64,000 nucleotides of DNA from Acidobacteriota bacterium (GCA_965263035.1 OZ253580.1:1888001-1952000); one strand, 5' to 3'. Positions 31,242 to 42,170 are shown, numbered from the stretch's first letter. Numbers and translations are program-made. Notes: generated from the letters alone by a model not told the origin.

Positions 31242-33011
31242 TCAGGGTTCGTCCGCAACCGTTTCCTCGCGGGTCCCGATCCGATTGGCCGGCAAGTCAA
31301 AGAGTCGGCGGCTGGAAGCCGCCGCTCCCGCCTCCTCGATGGTCAGGATCCGGTTGGCGGGCAGCGCCTGCAGCGCCTGCGTCCGGCCGCTCGGCCAGTC
31401 GACCCGGAGGCGATCCACCGCGGAGGACCGACCCAACCCAAGATGCACCCGAGGATCCTGGCTTGACAGATAGCTGGCCGACCGCTGGACCTGAGTCACG
31501 ACGACCCGATCGCCGATATGGGCGGTGAGGCGAGTCCCGATACCGTCCCGATTGCTCTTGGTGCCGACCAGCTTCAGTAGCAGCCAGTTGTTTCGATTGC
31601 CGCCGTCGTTCCGAAGCAACTGCACACCCCCGGCGTTGTTGGTCACCAGCACGTCGACGTCGCCGTCGTTGTCGATGTCGGCAAAGGCCGCGCCCCGCCC
31701 CACGCCCTGGACCGAAAAGCAGTCCCCCGATTCCCGCGACCGTTCCCGGAACTTTCCCTCCTGATTGTCATAGAGGAGCTTCTCCTGGGGGAAGCTGGTG
31801 TCGTCCCGGTACTCGGCAATGCGGGGGATCACGTGCCCGTTCACGGCCATCACGTCCAGGTCGGCGTCGTTGTCATAGTCGAAGAAGCGGACCCCGAACC
31901 CCACCTTCAGAAAACTGTTCTTGCGGATGCCGGTGTGGCGCGTGACTTCCGCGAACGAACCATCCCCCGCGTTGCGGAACAGCGCGTTTCCCTCGGAGGT
32001 GAAGTTGGTGACGATCAGGTCCAGGCGTCCGTCCCCGTCGTAATCGCCGAAGTCCACTCCCATTCCGGCTCGGGCATGACCATCCTCGTTGTAGGCGACG
32101 CCGGCCAGGAAACCGACTTCCTGGAAGGTGCCATCCCCCTGGTTGTGAAAGAGGAAATCGGCCACGGTGTCGTTGGCCACGAACAGGTCCATCCAGCCGT
32201 CGTGATCATAGTCGGCGAAAGCGACCCCCAGAGACTTGCCGCGCGCTCCTGCAATTCCGCTGACTTCGCTCACGTCGGAGAAGGTCCCGTCGCCGTTGTT
32301 GCGGTAGAGGACATTGGGATCACCCTGGAAGGCGCTGGGATGGCAATAGGACCGAAAGCCCCCACCCGAGCAAGGAGGATTCACTGCGGTGTCGAACAGG
32401 ACGTAGTTGCAGACGAAGAGATCCAGGAGGCCGTCCCGGTCAAAATCGAAAAATCCGGCGCTGGTGGCCCAGTGCCCCGGGTTCCGGACTCCTGCCGAAT
32501 CGGTCCCGTCGACAAAGGTCCCGTCCCCGTTGTTGACCAGCAGGACGCTTCTCAGGTAGCCGGTGACGTACAGGTCCGGGTCGCCGTCGTTGTCGTAGTC
32601 TCCCGCCGCCGCCCCCATGCCGAAGAGTCCCCTGAGATCGATCCTGGACCGGGCCGTGACCTCGGTGAAGGTTCCACCGCCGTCGTTTCGATACATCTGG
32701 CTGTTGGGATCGGTAGCCGGTTTCGGCTCCGGCAGACTCGATCCGTTGACCAGGAAGATGTCCTGGTCGCCGTCCCGGTCATAGTCGAGAAAGGCGGCTC
32801 CCGGTCCCGCGATCTCAGGAAAATAGAATTCACCGGCGGCCCCGTTGAAGTGCCGGAAACGAATCCCCGCCTCCGTCGTAATATCCGTGAATTGGACCGG
32901 CGCCGCCGGCAGCCAGATCCAATGCAGCATCGCCGGCAGGGCGATCCGGGTCAAGAGCCGGATCGTCCTACTTCGATCCAAAGACGGAGAAGTCGTCGCC
33001 GACCCCTGCAT
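31242..33011 (-). CDS. CRTAC1-family protein
   Basis: FG-GAP-like repeats and an ASPIC/UnbV C-terminus. Confidence 0.9.
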   Translation of the reverse strand: MQGSATTSPSLDRSRTIRLLTRIALPAMLHWIWLPAAPVQFTDITTEAGIRFRHFNGAAGEFYFPEIAGPGAAFLDYDRDGDQDIFLVNGSSLPEPKPATDPNSQMYRNDGGGTFTEVTARSRIDLRGLFGMGAAAGDYDNDGDPDLYVTGYLRSVLLVNNGDGTFVDGTDSAGVRNPGHWATSAGFFDFDRDGLLDLFVCNYVLFDTAVNPPCSGGGFRSYCHPSAFQGDPNVLYRNNGDGTFSDVSEVSGIAGARGKSLGVAFADYDHDGWMDLFVANDTVADFLFHNQGDGTFQEVGFLAGVAYNEDGHARAGMGVDFGDYDGDGRLDLIVTNFTSEGNALFRNAGDGSFAEVTRHTGIRKNSFLKVGFGVRFFDYDNDADLDVMAVNGHVIPRIAEYRDDTSFPQEKLLYDNQEGKFRERSRESGDCFSVQGVGRGAAFADIDNDGDVDVLVTNNAGGVQLLRNDGGNRNNWLLLKLVGTKSNRDGIGTRLTAHIGDRVVVTQVQRSASYLSSQDPRVHLGLGRSSAVDRLRVDWPSGRTQALQALPANRILTIEEAGAAASSRRLFDLPANRIGTREETVADEP

Positions 33012-34359
33012 AGATGTGGAATCTTTCCTTGCGCGAACGTTCCTGCTGCAGCTCCAGCCGCTTGAATTCCCGGAGCAGCCGTTGGGCCTCCGTCCGGCGT
33101 CCCAGTTTGGCGTTGACCTGCGCCGCCTTGTAGTGTGCGGAAATGTGATCTTCCTGCAAGATCAGGACCCGGCTCAGGAGACTCAGGCTACTCGCGTAGT
33201 CGCCCTCTTGAAAGCGGATGAGGGCCTGATAGTAGAGGGTCTCCACCCGGTCCGGCTCCCGCCGGCGAACCTGCTCGAAGTAGGGCTTGGCCTCGGTCTC
33301 GAGTCCCTGCTTGTAGAGGCTGACGCCCAGGTGGTGAGCCGCGTCGTTGGAATCCGGGTCCAAGCTCAACACCTTGCGGAGCTCGGCGGCGGCTTCGTCG
33401 AAGCGCCCCTGCATGCCGTAGGCAAGGGCCAGGTGAAGGTACCCCTGGGGATCCTGGGGACGCATCCGAATGGACTCCTGGAACGAGTCGATAGCCTGGT
33501 TGACCTTCCGCGCCAGACCGTAGCCGATCCCCATGGAGCTGACGATTTCGGGATCTCTCCCCTGGCGTTCCGCGGCTTCGCGGAGAATCGTGACGGCGCC
33601 CGAATAGCGGCCGCTGTCCAGCAGCATCAGCCCCAGGGCATGGAGTCCTTCCCCGTCAAGGGCAAACAGACGGCGCAACCGGCGGGTCGTTACCGCAGCC
33701 TCCGCCTCCCTACCCAACTTGAACTGGGTCTTGGCCAGATGCAGAAGCAGCTCCGGATCCTCAGGCGCCTGACCCAGCGCCCGGACGGTGTTCTCCAGGG
33801 CCGCTTCAATGTCTCCCACGTCGTAGAGCAAGCTGGCCAATCCCTTCAATGACGGGAGATGGACCGGGTTCCAATGGAGCACCCGCTCGAATTGGCGCCG
33901 GGCTTCCGGGAGATGATCGGTCTTGGCGTAGAGGCGGGCCAGGTTGCTTCGGGCGTCGATGAAATCATCGCGGAGGCTCACGGCCCGCTCGAAGTAGGCG
34001 ATGGACCGCTCCGCCTGTCCGCGCAGGTCGGCGATGATCCCGGCCACGTTCAATGCCTGGGGGATTTCCGGAAAATCGGCAAGAAGCCTTCGGATCTTCT
34101 CGTCGGCTCCGGCGTAGTCCCCCGACTCCAGCAAGGCGATGGCGCTCCCATAGAGTGCCTGCGCCTGAGCCCGATCCTGTCCCAGAAGCATGGACCCGGC
34201 ACCGGGCACGATAAAGAGAAGCGCCAGGAGCATTGGCGCAAAGCCACACCTGCCCGCAACGTGGGCATGGAAGCGATCGGTCTGGGACCTGGGATTCGGA
34301 ATCGGCCTGAAGCCTGAGTTTCGGAAACAGACGGCTGGGGAAGGAATAAAGTCTTTCAA
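32968..34359 (-). CDS. Tetratricopeptide repeat protein
   Basis: TPR repeats with a signal-like segment; true start probably downstream. Confidence 0.8.
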   Translation of the reverse strand: MKDFIPSPAVCFRNSGFRPIPNPRSQTDRFHAHVAGRCGFAPMLLALLFIVPGAGSMLLGQDRAQAQALYGSAIALLESGDYAGADEKIRRLLADFPEIPQALNVAGIIADLRGQAERSIAYFERAVSLRDDFIDARSNLARLYAKTDHLPEARRQFERVLHWNPVHLPSLKGLASLLYDVGDIEAALENTVRALGQAPEDPELLLHLAKTQFKLGREAEAAVTTRRLRRLFALDGEGLHALGLMLLDSGRYSGAVTILREAAERQGRDPEIVSSMGIGYGLARKVNQAIDSFQESIRMRPQDPQGYLHLALAYGMQGRFDEAAAELRKVLSLDPDSNDAAHHLGVSLYKQGLETEAKPYFEQVRRREPDRVETLYYQALIRFQEGDYASSLSLLSRVLILQEDHISAHYKAAQVNAKLGRRTEAQRLLREFKRLELQQERSRKERFHIYAGVGDDFSVFGSK

Positions 34360-34448
34360 AAGGCTCTATCCCTTTTCACAGGCGGTCTTGTCGATCCGGA
34401 TCTATCGGATACGCGGGTGAGGGGACCGAGGCCCCTCACCCGCACCAT

Positions 34449-37400
34449 TCAGAATGAAAATCTCAGTCCAAACTGGAAGATCCGTCCGGGCAGGGCGCTC
34501 GAAACCACGCCGAAACTGGCTCGCTCCAGTCGACTTCCCGGTTTGCCGAAGTTCACGTTGTTGAAGAAATTGAAGGAGTCGAACCGAAGCTGGAACTTGG
34601 CCCGCTCGTTGAATTGAGGAACGTAGAAGTTCTTGGCCACGGAGAAATCGAAGTTGATGTAGCCGTCGGTATCCAGAAAATGGACGCCGCTGTTGCCGAA
34701 GGTGCCCAGCGCCGGCATCTGGAAACACTTGGCGCCGAACCATTGGTTGATGGCCCGCCCCCCGTTTCCGTCACAGGTGCGATCGGGCCGCTTGTTGGTG
34801 GCGATCTGCTCGGTGTTGGAAGGATCGAACGAGGTCGTGGGATGGAAGCCGAAACCGCTCTGCAGGCTGCCGATCCCCGAGAGCTGCCAGCCCCCGAACA
34901 GGTTCCGGGTGAAGGTGCTCATATCCTGCATCCTGGGCGTCTCGTAGATGAAACTGGTGACGAATCGTTGGCGCACGTCGAAGGTGCTGCGGCCCTTGTC
35001 CGGCTTGCCCGGCACATAGGCCCGGGACCCCTTGTTGTCGAAGGAATCCCAGTCCAGCGACTTGGAGTAGGTATAGGCCGCGGTGAAGCTCAAGCCGCCG
35101 CTCAACCGCTTGCGCAGGCTCGTCTCCAACCCGTGATAGTAGGCTTGGCCTTCGCCCTGGTCGGTCAGAATCCAGGCGTAGTTCTTGAAGGGCCGCTTGG
35201 TGATCCGGCACGCGCTCCCGCATTCCGGCTGCTGCGGATTGCGAAGGACGTTGATGTTGCGGCGCTTCGACATGTGAATGCCGTGGGAGCCGACGTAGGC
35301 GATCTCGGTGAACAGGTCGGAGCCCCAGGTCTTCTGCATGCTCAGCGTCCAGACCTGCTGGTAGGGATCCCGCCGCTGGGTCTCACTGTTCATGATGAAG
35401 AAGACGTTGGGACCCATGATGGAGGTCGGCTCGATAGCCGGCGGGTCCGGGAGTTGCCCCGTGGTGCTCAGGGTGGGCGACAGGAGGTCACTGATGTAAT
35501 TCTGCCCGACCCCGACACTGGGTCCGATGGAGTCCCAGCCTCGATCGTTGCCCGGCACGTCATCGTAGAAGACGCCGAAGCTGCTGCGGATGGCGAGATC
35601 GTCGCGCCCGCCCGGCGTCCAGGCAAAACCGATCCGCGGCGCGAAGTCATTGCCGTCGATGTCCACCAGTCTCGGCTTGTCCGGCGTGGCCTGGATCGTG
35701 CTTCCGTCACCCTCTTGAATGAAAAGCATGATGAGGTGGTCCTCGTCGGTTTCCCAGGGGTAGACCTGATACCTCATGCCCAGGGACAGAGTGAAGTTCT
35801 GAGCCAGCTTGATGTCATCCTGAATGAATCCGTTGTACCAGATGGCATGCTTCTTGACCGGGCTCTGGTAATTGACCCCGTCGATGCTGCTGGGATGCCC
35901 CAACAGAAAGTCGGCGAAATTGTGCCCGCTGAAATTGTTGTTGAAGGTGAACCTCCCGGCGTGGCCGCTCACGATGGCCAGATCCTGGCGCTTTCTCCGC
36001 ACCTCGGCGCCCAGCATGACCTGATGTTTGCCTTCGATCCAGTTCACGTTGACCAGGTAGTGCTGATCCTTCTGAACCGGTTCTTCGCAGTTGTTGCTCC
36101 AGGTTCCGAAGCCACCCACTCCGCCGATGCCCAGGGACAGGACGCGGTTGCACACGGGAACCGTGTTGATGTTCTTGACGCCGAAGACCTGACCCCAATC
36201 GGTCTCCGTGTCCTGGGACCGGCCGGCGGCGGAGAAATCCACCCGGTTGAGGCCTCCCTTGAGGTTGAGGGTCAGTGCGGGACCGAAGACGTGAACCCAA
36301 TCGATCACCATGTTGTCCGCGTGCAACGGGCGCGTCGAGTCCTCCCGAATGATTCGGTCCTCCAGCCGGTCCGACCGGCTGTAGGAATAGCGGCCGAAGA
36401 ACTTGTCGTTTTCGGAGGCCGCGTAGTCGAAGCGCACCAGCACCTTGTTTTCGTCCACGACAGTCAGCGTGGGGCCGATGTAGTTCAACGCTGCACCGGG
36501 ATGGGTGGGACCCGGAATGAATCCCCTTTCCATCCAGGTCTGAGCGAAACCGTCGATTCGAGAACTCGGGACCTGGTTGTTGTTGAAGGGGTTTCCGGTC
36601 ATGGGGTCGACCAGTTGGGTGTCGGGGAGGAGGTCGGAGAAGTCTCCGTTCAGCCATCCGGCATGGGGAACGCTCCCTCTCCCGGTTCCGGACTCCCGGC
36701 CGCGGATCCCCTCGTAGCTTCCGTACCAGAACAACTTGTCGGAGAGAATCGGGCCACCCACCTCGAAACCGTACTGGTTGCGCAGAATCTCCGGGCTGCC
36801 GACGTCGAAGAAATTGCGGGCGTTGGTGTTGTCGTTCTGGTGCGCCTCCCAGAGCGTGCCGTGAACTTCGTTGGTGCCCGATTTGGTCACCACGTTGATG
36901 ACGGCGGCGTTGTCGTAGTTGCCGGCAAAATAGCCCTTCTGGACCTTGAACTCCCGTAACGTCTCCACCGCCGGGATCGTGGCCACCAGACCGATGTAGA
37001 ACTCCTTGCTGGGAATGCCGTCGAAGAGGACGTTGGTCGACACGTGCCTCTGCCCAGAAATGGCCACCTGCAGGTTGCTCCGGTTGGCGTAGGACGAACC
37101 GAACTCGCCGGTGGGCAGCTCGGGCGTCACTCCGGCGGTGATGCTGGCCAGGGTCATGAAGTTCTTCTCACCCGAGGGGAGCTCGAGAATCTCGGTCTCT
37201 CCGACCACTTCACCCAGTGAGGGCTCCTCCGACTCGACGACGTTGCGGGACGCCTGCACCGTCACCTGCTCTGCGATCGCGCCCACGTCGAGGGCCACAT
37301 CCCGTCTCACGACGCTGTCGACCCGGACCTCGATCCCACTGATCACCGTGGTCTTGAAACCGGGCAAGGAGGCCGTGAGATCGTAGATGCCGGGGGGAAG

Positions 37401-37619
37401 GTTGGGGACTCGATAGAGTCCCTGGTCGTTGACCACCGCCACCGAATCCACGCCCGTGGCCGTATTCGTGGCCGTGACCTCCGCTCCGGGAAGCACCGCG
37501 CCCGAAGTGTCGGCCACGTTGCCGGTGATGGTGCCTGAGATCTGCTGGCCCAGGACACCGGCAGAAGCCATCAGCACGAGAGCCACCACCAGTCCGAGCT
37601 GCGAGTTTTTGCTTGCCAT
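34449..37619 (-). CDS. TonB-dependent receptor with N-terminal carboxypeptidase-regulatory-like domain (Oar-like)
   Basis: GTITGNVADTSGAVLPGA, VTKSGTN, NDFAPRIGFAW; ends QFGLRFSF. Confidence 0.9.
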   Translation of the reverse strand: MASKNSQLGLVVALVLMASAGVLGQQISGTITGNVADTSGAVLPGAEVTATNTATGVDSVAVVNDQGLYRVPNLPPGIYDLTASLPGFKTTVISGIEVRVDSVVRRDVALDVGAIAEQVTVQASRNVVESEEPSLGEVVGETEILELPSGEKNFMTLASITAGVTPELPTGEFGSSYANRSNLQVAISGQRHVSTNVLFDGIPSKEFYIGLVATIPAVETLREFKVQKGYFAGNYDNAAVINVVTKSGTNEVHGTLWEAHQNDNTNARNFFDVGSPEILRNQYGFEVGGPILSDKLFWYGSYEGIRGRESGTGRGSVPHAGWLNGDFSDLLPDTQLVDPMTGNPFNNNQVPSSRIDGFAQTWMERGFIPGPTHPGAALNYIGPTLTVVDENKVLVRFDYAASENDKFFGRYSYSRSDRLEDRIIREDSTRPLHADNMVIDWVHVFGPALTLNLKGGLNRVDFSAAGRSQDTETDWGQVFGVKNINTVPVCNRVLSLGIGGVGGFGTWSNNCEEPVQKDQHYLVNVNWIEGKHQVMLGAEVRRKRQDLAIVSGHAGRFTFNNNFSGHNFADFLLGHPSSIDGVNYQSPVKKHAIWYNGFIQDDIKLAQNFTLSLGMRYQVYPWETDEDHLIMLFIQEGDGSTIQATPDKPRLVDIDGNDFAPRIGFAWTPGGRDDLAIRSSFGVFYDDVPGNDRGWDSIGPSVGVGQNYISDLLSPTLSTTGQLPDPPAIEPTSIMGPNVFFIMNSETQRRDPYQQVWTLSMQKTWGSDLFTEIAYVGSHGIHMSKRRNINVLRNPQQPECGSACRITKRPFKNYAWILTDQGEGQAYYHGLETSLRKRLSGGLSFTAAYTYSKSLDWDSFDNKGSRAYVPGKPDKGRSTFDVRQRFVTSFIYETPRMQDMSTFTRNLFGGWQLSGIGSLQSGFGFHPTTSFDPSNTEQIATNKRPDRTCDGNGGRAINQWFGAKCFQMPALGTFGNSGVHFLDTDGYINFDFSVAKNFYVPQFNERAKFQLRFDSFNFFNNVNFGKPGSRLERASFGVVSSALPGRIFQFGLRFSF

Positions 37620-37937
37620 TGATCCGAATCTCCAGAAAGGCGAGTCATACGGGGGACGCATAGAGGGCGTTTTCCCCGAGAAGATCAGGCAGCCAGAGAA
37701 ATCTGGAAAACCAGAGAAAACTGGAAACCTACAAAAGAACCGAGGGAATTTTGAGTGTGCCCAGGGACCATTGTCAAGACCAAGGGAAATTTTCGTTCAG
37801 CACCGGTCCCGGTACGCTATGGCCATCCTGCCGGACAGGTCCGTGAACCCAAACTCATGGAGTTATTCGGTGACTGATGGACAACCCCCGACCGAACCCA
37901 CAGAATCCGGGAAACCCCGGAAGGTGAAGCCATTCCG

Positions 37938-38447
37938 ATGTTGAAACTCTTCGTCTACGGCACCCTCAAACGAGGCTACGGGAACCACAATCGTTACTGC
38001 CCGGGAGCCTTGGATATCCGGGACGCGCAAGTTCTCGGCCGACTTTACGACGGACCGGGCTTCCCGGTTCTCGAGGTGCCCGGCGAGGATGTCCTGGCCT
38101 GCGGAACCGCGGATCCCCTCGCCGACGTCGGAACGCAAACGCGCCTCTCCGGCCGGGTCGGAAAGTACCCCCGGCCGGTTCCGGAAGGCACCATAACGGG
38201 GCGCTGGGGAACCGTGTACGGGGAACTCCTCAGCTTCGACGACCCGGAATCCCGGTTGCCGGCCATCGACCGGCTGGAGGGCTTCCGTCCGAACGGCTCC
38301 AGCCTCTACCGGCGGGTACTGGTGCCGGTCACGGTGGGCGGCGTCCGCGAGCTCGCCTGGGTCTACACTCTCGAAGCGATGGACATCAAACACCGCCGGA
38401 TCCGGTCCGGCCGCTGGCCCGAGCGGCGGTCTACCGGCCCCGAATGA
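37938..38447 (+). CDS. Gamma-glutamylcyclotransferase family protein
   Basis: LFVYGTLKRG, IDRLEG, YRR and AWVY motifs. Confidence 0.88.
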   Translation: MLKLFVYGTLKRGYGNHNRYCPGALDIRDAQVLGRLYDGPGFPVLEVPGEDVLACGTADPLADVGTQTRLSGRVGKYPRPVPEGTITGRWGTVYGELLSFDDPESRLPAIDRLEGFRPNGSSLYRRVLVPVTVGGVRELAWVYTLEAMDIKHRRIRSGRWPERRSTGPE

Positions 38448-38500
38448 GTTGCTTTCGATTCGCCGCTATCCCGTGGATGCCGAACTGCCCCCCGGGCCGT

Positions 38501-39340
38501 TTATCTCACCCAGAACCGATACAGCGGTTTGACGTCTTCCGGCAGGGATTCGTAGACGCTCCTTCTCACCGGCGGCAATTCGTAGTTCTTTCCGCCGGTC
38601 TCCACGACCATGGCGGTGTGCTCGGGAGTGCCGATCATGGTGGGATTCAGATTGAGCCACCAGGGAGCGTAACGAATCAGGATGGCGACCCTGGGCTCCC
38701 GGCTCCGGTTGGGTGCGACCGCGTGCCAGAGCCGGCTGTCACTCACGAACACGCTCCCGGCGGGACCGCAGACGTTCATCTCCGTCGGGTAGGGGTCGTC
38801 TTCGGGGACCGAATTCCCCCTGCCGGCCGGGTTGCTGGACATCCGGTGACTCCCGGGAACGACCAGGGTGCCGCCTGTCTCGGCGCTGAAAGGAGACAGC
38901 ATCCAGATGGTCGAGATGTGCATCATGGCGTCCGGGTAGGGCGCGCGAACGTGGGAGGCGTTGGTTCGATTGTAGGGCCAGTCCGCGTGCAGATAGCCGC
39001 GCCCGTTTCCCGGATTGTTGATCACGCAGTCGGTGCAGGAAATCCGGACCCACGGGCCGAAGAAGGCTTCGGCCAGATCCAGGATCCGCCGGTCGGCCAG
39101 GTAGGGCGCGAAGGCCTGGGTCTCGTTGATCACCTGCCGGAGATTGGCGACCCCCATGACTCCGATCCGGTGTCCCCGGGCCCGGGTCGCGGCCAGTTCG
39201 GCTTCGGCTTCCTCGTGCCGCCGGGCCTGGGCCTCGAAGACGCTCTTCCGGACCTCGTCGACCTGCTCACTCGGGATGATTCCTTCGATGACACAGAACC
39301 CGTCCACCTGCAATCGGCGGATCCTCTCCTCCGTGGTCAT
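38501..39340 (-). CDS. Phytanoyl-CoA dioxygenase family protein
   Basis: LHAD, GGTLVVPGSH and LWHA motifs; start at MTTEE. Confidence 0.88.
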   Translation of the reverse strand: MTTEERIRRLQVDGFCVIEGIIPSEQVDEVRKSVFEAQARRHEEAEAELAATRARGHRIGVMGVANLRQVINETQAFAPYLADRRILDLAEAFFGPWVRISCTDCVINNPGNGRGYLHADWPYNRTNASHVRAPYPDAMMHISTIWMLSPFSAETGGTLVVPGSHRMSSNPAGRGNSVPEDDPYPTEMNVCGPAGSVFVSDSRLWHAVAPNRSREPRVAILIRYAPWWLNLNPTMIGTPEHTAMVVETGGKNYELPPVRRSVYESLPEDVKPLYRFWVR

Positions 39341-39555
39341 TCGAACCTCCGTGGCCGACCGGCCGAGGCTTCCTTGCAGTCCGTGGTGAAAGTCCCGCGA
39401 GCACCGAGACCGTTCCTGCGCCCGCCGGACAAGGCGCGATTCGGGAGCATACCGCGAGTATGTGACCGAATCGCAACGCAGTCCGCCGGGATGCAGGGAC
39501 GGTCGAATGCCGTGACGACTTTTGCCACGGGCTGCCTGGCCTGCCGAACGAAGAG

Positions 39556-41205
39556 TCAGGAATCGGCGGGAACGATTCTGAACCTGACCCTCTCTCCGAC
39601 GTCTCGCCGCTGGATCTTGTCCTCGACTCTGACGACAAGGCTGTAATCCCCGGCTTCCATGCCGTCCAACTTGAACACCAACGCTGCCGCCACCCGGTCG
39701 CTGAAGCGGGAGAAGAGATGCGTGGCGGGACCGTCGATGAGCTCCTCTCCTCTGGAATTCACGATGGACGCCGAAATGTCCAGGTCGACCAGGTCGCGGC
39801 TCTGGTCGACGTCGAAGCTGTAAACCTCGAAGTAGACCCCGAGCCGGTCCCCGGGACTGAACCGCCGCGCCTGGACCGGATACACCTTCCAACCCAGCGC
39901 CGTCAGGAAGGGGCTGGGCAGGGTTTCGCCTTCAGCTTTGACGATCGTGTCCGAGAGCACCAGGGACGAAAGGGCGAGCCCGTCGGGAACCGTTACCGGT
40001 AGTTGCAGCCGCTGCTGCAGGTGTCCGATCTTCTGGCTCCCCAAGTCCTTGGCGATCAGATCGAGTTTGTAGATGCCGGGCGGCAGGGGGAGGATCTTCT
40101 GGAAGGATTTCTGTCCCTTCGCCTCCGTGGCGGCGCCCCGCCGGTCGTCGTAGATCGTCTCCTCGAACTCACTGACGATCCGGCCTCCCATGCTCTTCAC
40201 CGAGCCGTACAGATTCACGGTCGCCCGAGGCACGGCTCCGGCCGAGGGATTCTCATAGGTCAGTTCCGTGAGCGGCAGAAATACGGTGATGGGAACCAGG
40301 AACGATTTTCCCGTCAGCCTGGTGTAGGAATTGACGGCGTTAAACGGCAGTTCGTCGTAACTGATGTTGGTCGCGACCGCGGCCTTGAGATCCTTGAACT
40401 GGATCCGAGGCGCCTGTTGCAGGCGGAAGAACCGATCCAGTCTGAGGAACGGATTCTGCGAATGCTTGTGAACCGCATCGAACTCGCCGCCGACCGACCG
40501 CATCGGGTCCATGGCGCGGATCCGCCCCGCCCGGGTGTCGAGGCCCATCCGCTCGAACAGCGTCAGGCCCGCCCCGTCCATGTAGAGGAGAGCGTCCTTC
40601 TCCTCCGGCCTCAGGGCCATCCGGTACTCCCCGGTCATGGTCTTGTCGACGAACTCGATTTCGATTCCGCTCCCGATGTGCTCCACATGGCCGTAGTACC
40701 ACTTTTCCATGGGATAGACGGCAGTGGTCCCGCCTCCCTCCTCGATATCCCGGTAGTAGGTCTGGCCGGCGCCGTAGCGATCCACCGAGGTGGGAGCCCC
40801 CAGGGCGATGTAGATCCGTCCCCGGTCCGACTTCCATCCCGGAATCCCGCCGCTGTGAAACCGTTCGTTGGAGTAGGCGATCCGGCGGTAGTGCTCGGTC
40901 TTGAACTCGTTGAACGAGTTGGAGGGATCGGGATCGCGGCGGCGCCAGAACTGCTCGATGAAGCTCTCCTTCTCCTCGGTGCTGGTCAACTTGGAAAAGA
41001 CGGCCTTCTCTTCCGGCGAGATGATGTAGACCACGTCCTGATTCAGCCACTTGGCGAAGGGATCCGCCTTTTCCTCGGCCTGACGGTCCTGAGCGGCGGA
41101 GGGTAGAGCAGAAAACACCGTACCGAAAAAGACCAGACAGATGGGCAGGAGGCGGGTCCGGCGAACCCGAGAGTGATGAGTGCGCCGCAGTGGGGACCAA
41201 TTCAT
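39556..41205 (-). CDS. GWxTD domain protein
   Basis: KWLNQDVVYII, FIEQFWRRRDP, EHYRRIAY and GWKSDRGRIYI. Confidence 0.9.
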   Translation of the reverse strand: MNWSPLRRTHHSRVRRTRLLPICLVFFGTVFSALPSAAQDRQAEEKADPFAKWLNQDVVYIISPEEKAVFSKLTSTEEKESFIEQFWRRRDPDPSNSFNEFKTEHYRRIAYSNERFHSGGIPGWKSDRGRIYIALGAPTSVDRYGAGQTYYRDIEEGGGTTAVYPMEKWYYGHVEHIGSGIEIEFVDKTMTGEYRMALRPEEKDALLYMDGAGLTLFERMGLDTRAGRIRAMDPMRSVGGEFDAVHKHSQNPFLRLDRFFRLQQAPRIQFKDLKAAVATNISYDELPFNAVNSYTRLTGKSFLVPITVFLPLTELTYENPSAGAVPRATVNLYGSVKSMGGRIVSEFEETIYDDRRGAATEAKGQKSFQKILPLPPGIYKLDLIAKDLGSQKIGHLQQRLQLPVTVPDGLALSSLVLSDTIVKAEGETLPSPFLTALGWKVYPVQARRFSPGDRLGVYFEVYSFDVDQSRDLVDLDISASIVNSRGEELIDGPATHLFSRFSDRVAAALVFKLDGMEAGDYSLVVRVEDKIQRRDVGERVRFRIVPADS

Positions 41206-42062
41206 TCGACCTTGGCCTCCTCCTGCAGTTGGTAGAGCGATTTCCACATGCCGTCATAGGTGGGAATCAGAGGCGGCGGCCCCCCGAAACGGGCGAAACG
41301 GGACGGCCTGCCGCGCAGCATCTGGCCGGTCATGCCGTACGACGTCATTTCTCCGAAGTAGATCGGGTAGCAGTCGGTGGCCTGGTACCCATAGATCAGA
41401 GTGCGGCGCGGGTGCTCGGACCGGTTGGGAAGCGACGAGTGGGGCGTGATGCAGTGCAGGAGGATGACGCTTCCGGAAGGGCCGGCCAAGGACACCGGCT
41501 GACCGAAGCGGCCGCTGCTGAGATCCTCGGTGACCATGCCCGCGAACTGGCCATCGGCCCCCGTGTGGTCGAAGAAGTGGGTGTGGTGCCGTGGCAGGAC
41601 CTGCAGGCAGCCGTTCTCCTCGGTGGCATCGTCCACGTAAATCAACACCGCCACCTGGTCGTCGTTGGTGGAGGGGAAGTAGGCCATGTCCTGGTGCCAC
41701 TTGACGACCGATCCCACCCGGGCCGGCTTCATGTTGAGCTTGCTGTATTGCGCCGCGAAGTTGGGGCCGATCAACGGTTCCAGGCAATCCAGCAGGCGCG
41801 GCTCGGACCCGATCCGGCGAAAGGTCTCGTGCCGGTCGAAGGGTTCGTAGATCCTTCGCGGAACCGGACGTCCATCCTGCAGCTCGGGCTCCAGTTCCAG
41901 GACGTCGCTCCAGTCACCGCTCGCCAGCGCCGTTTCCGAGACTTCCCGGATGGCCCGATCGACAGCCGCCATATCGTCCGCGCCGAAGAACCCCGGCAGG
42001 AGCAGGTAACCCTCTCGCCGATAACTGTCCACCTGGTCGTCCGAGAGACGCGCGATCGTCAT
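41202..42062 (-). CDS. Phytanoyl-CoA dioxygenase family protein
   Basis: WHQD, ENGCLQVLP and TPHSSLPNRS motifs. Confidence 0.88.
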   Translation of the reverse strand: MTIARLSDDQVDSYRREGYLLLPGFFGADDMAAVDRAIREVSETALASGDWSDVLELEPELQDGRPVPRRIYEPFDRHETFRRIGSEPRLLDCLEPLIGPNFAAQYSKLNMKPARVGSVVKWHQDMAYFPSTNDDQVAVLIYVDDATEENGCLQVLPRHHTHFFDHTGADGQFAGMVTEDLSSGRFGQPVSLAGPSGSVILLHCITPHSSLPNRSEHPRRTLIYGYQATDCYPIYFGEMTSYGMTGQMLRGRPSRFARFGGPPPLIPTYDGMWKSLYQLQEEAKVE

Positions 42063-42170
42063 GTTTCACCTTTCGTACCGGAAGAGCGCATTCTGGAAGC
42101 CACGCACCGGCCTTGATGTTGATTTGGTTACCTTCCATTATCGTGGCAACCGAGTGATGCCCGCAAGAGG

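Noticed and set aside
34614-36959. Long antisense ORFs (also 5050-6711, 23830-25428, 53177-54643)
   Set aside because: Shadow frames typical of high-GC coding DNA; the opposite strand has clear family motifs.
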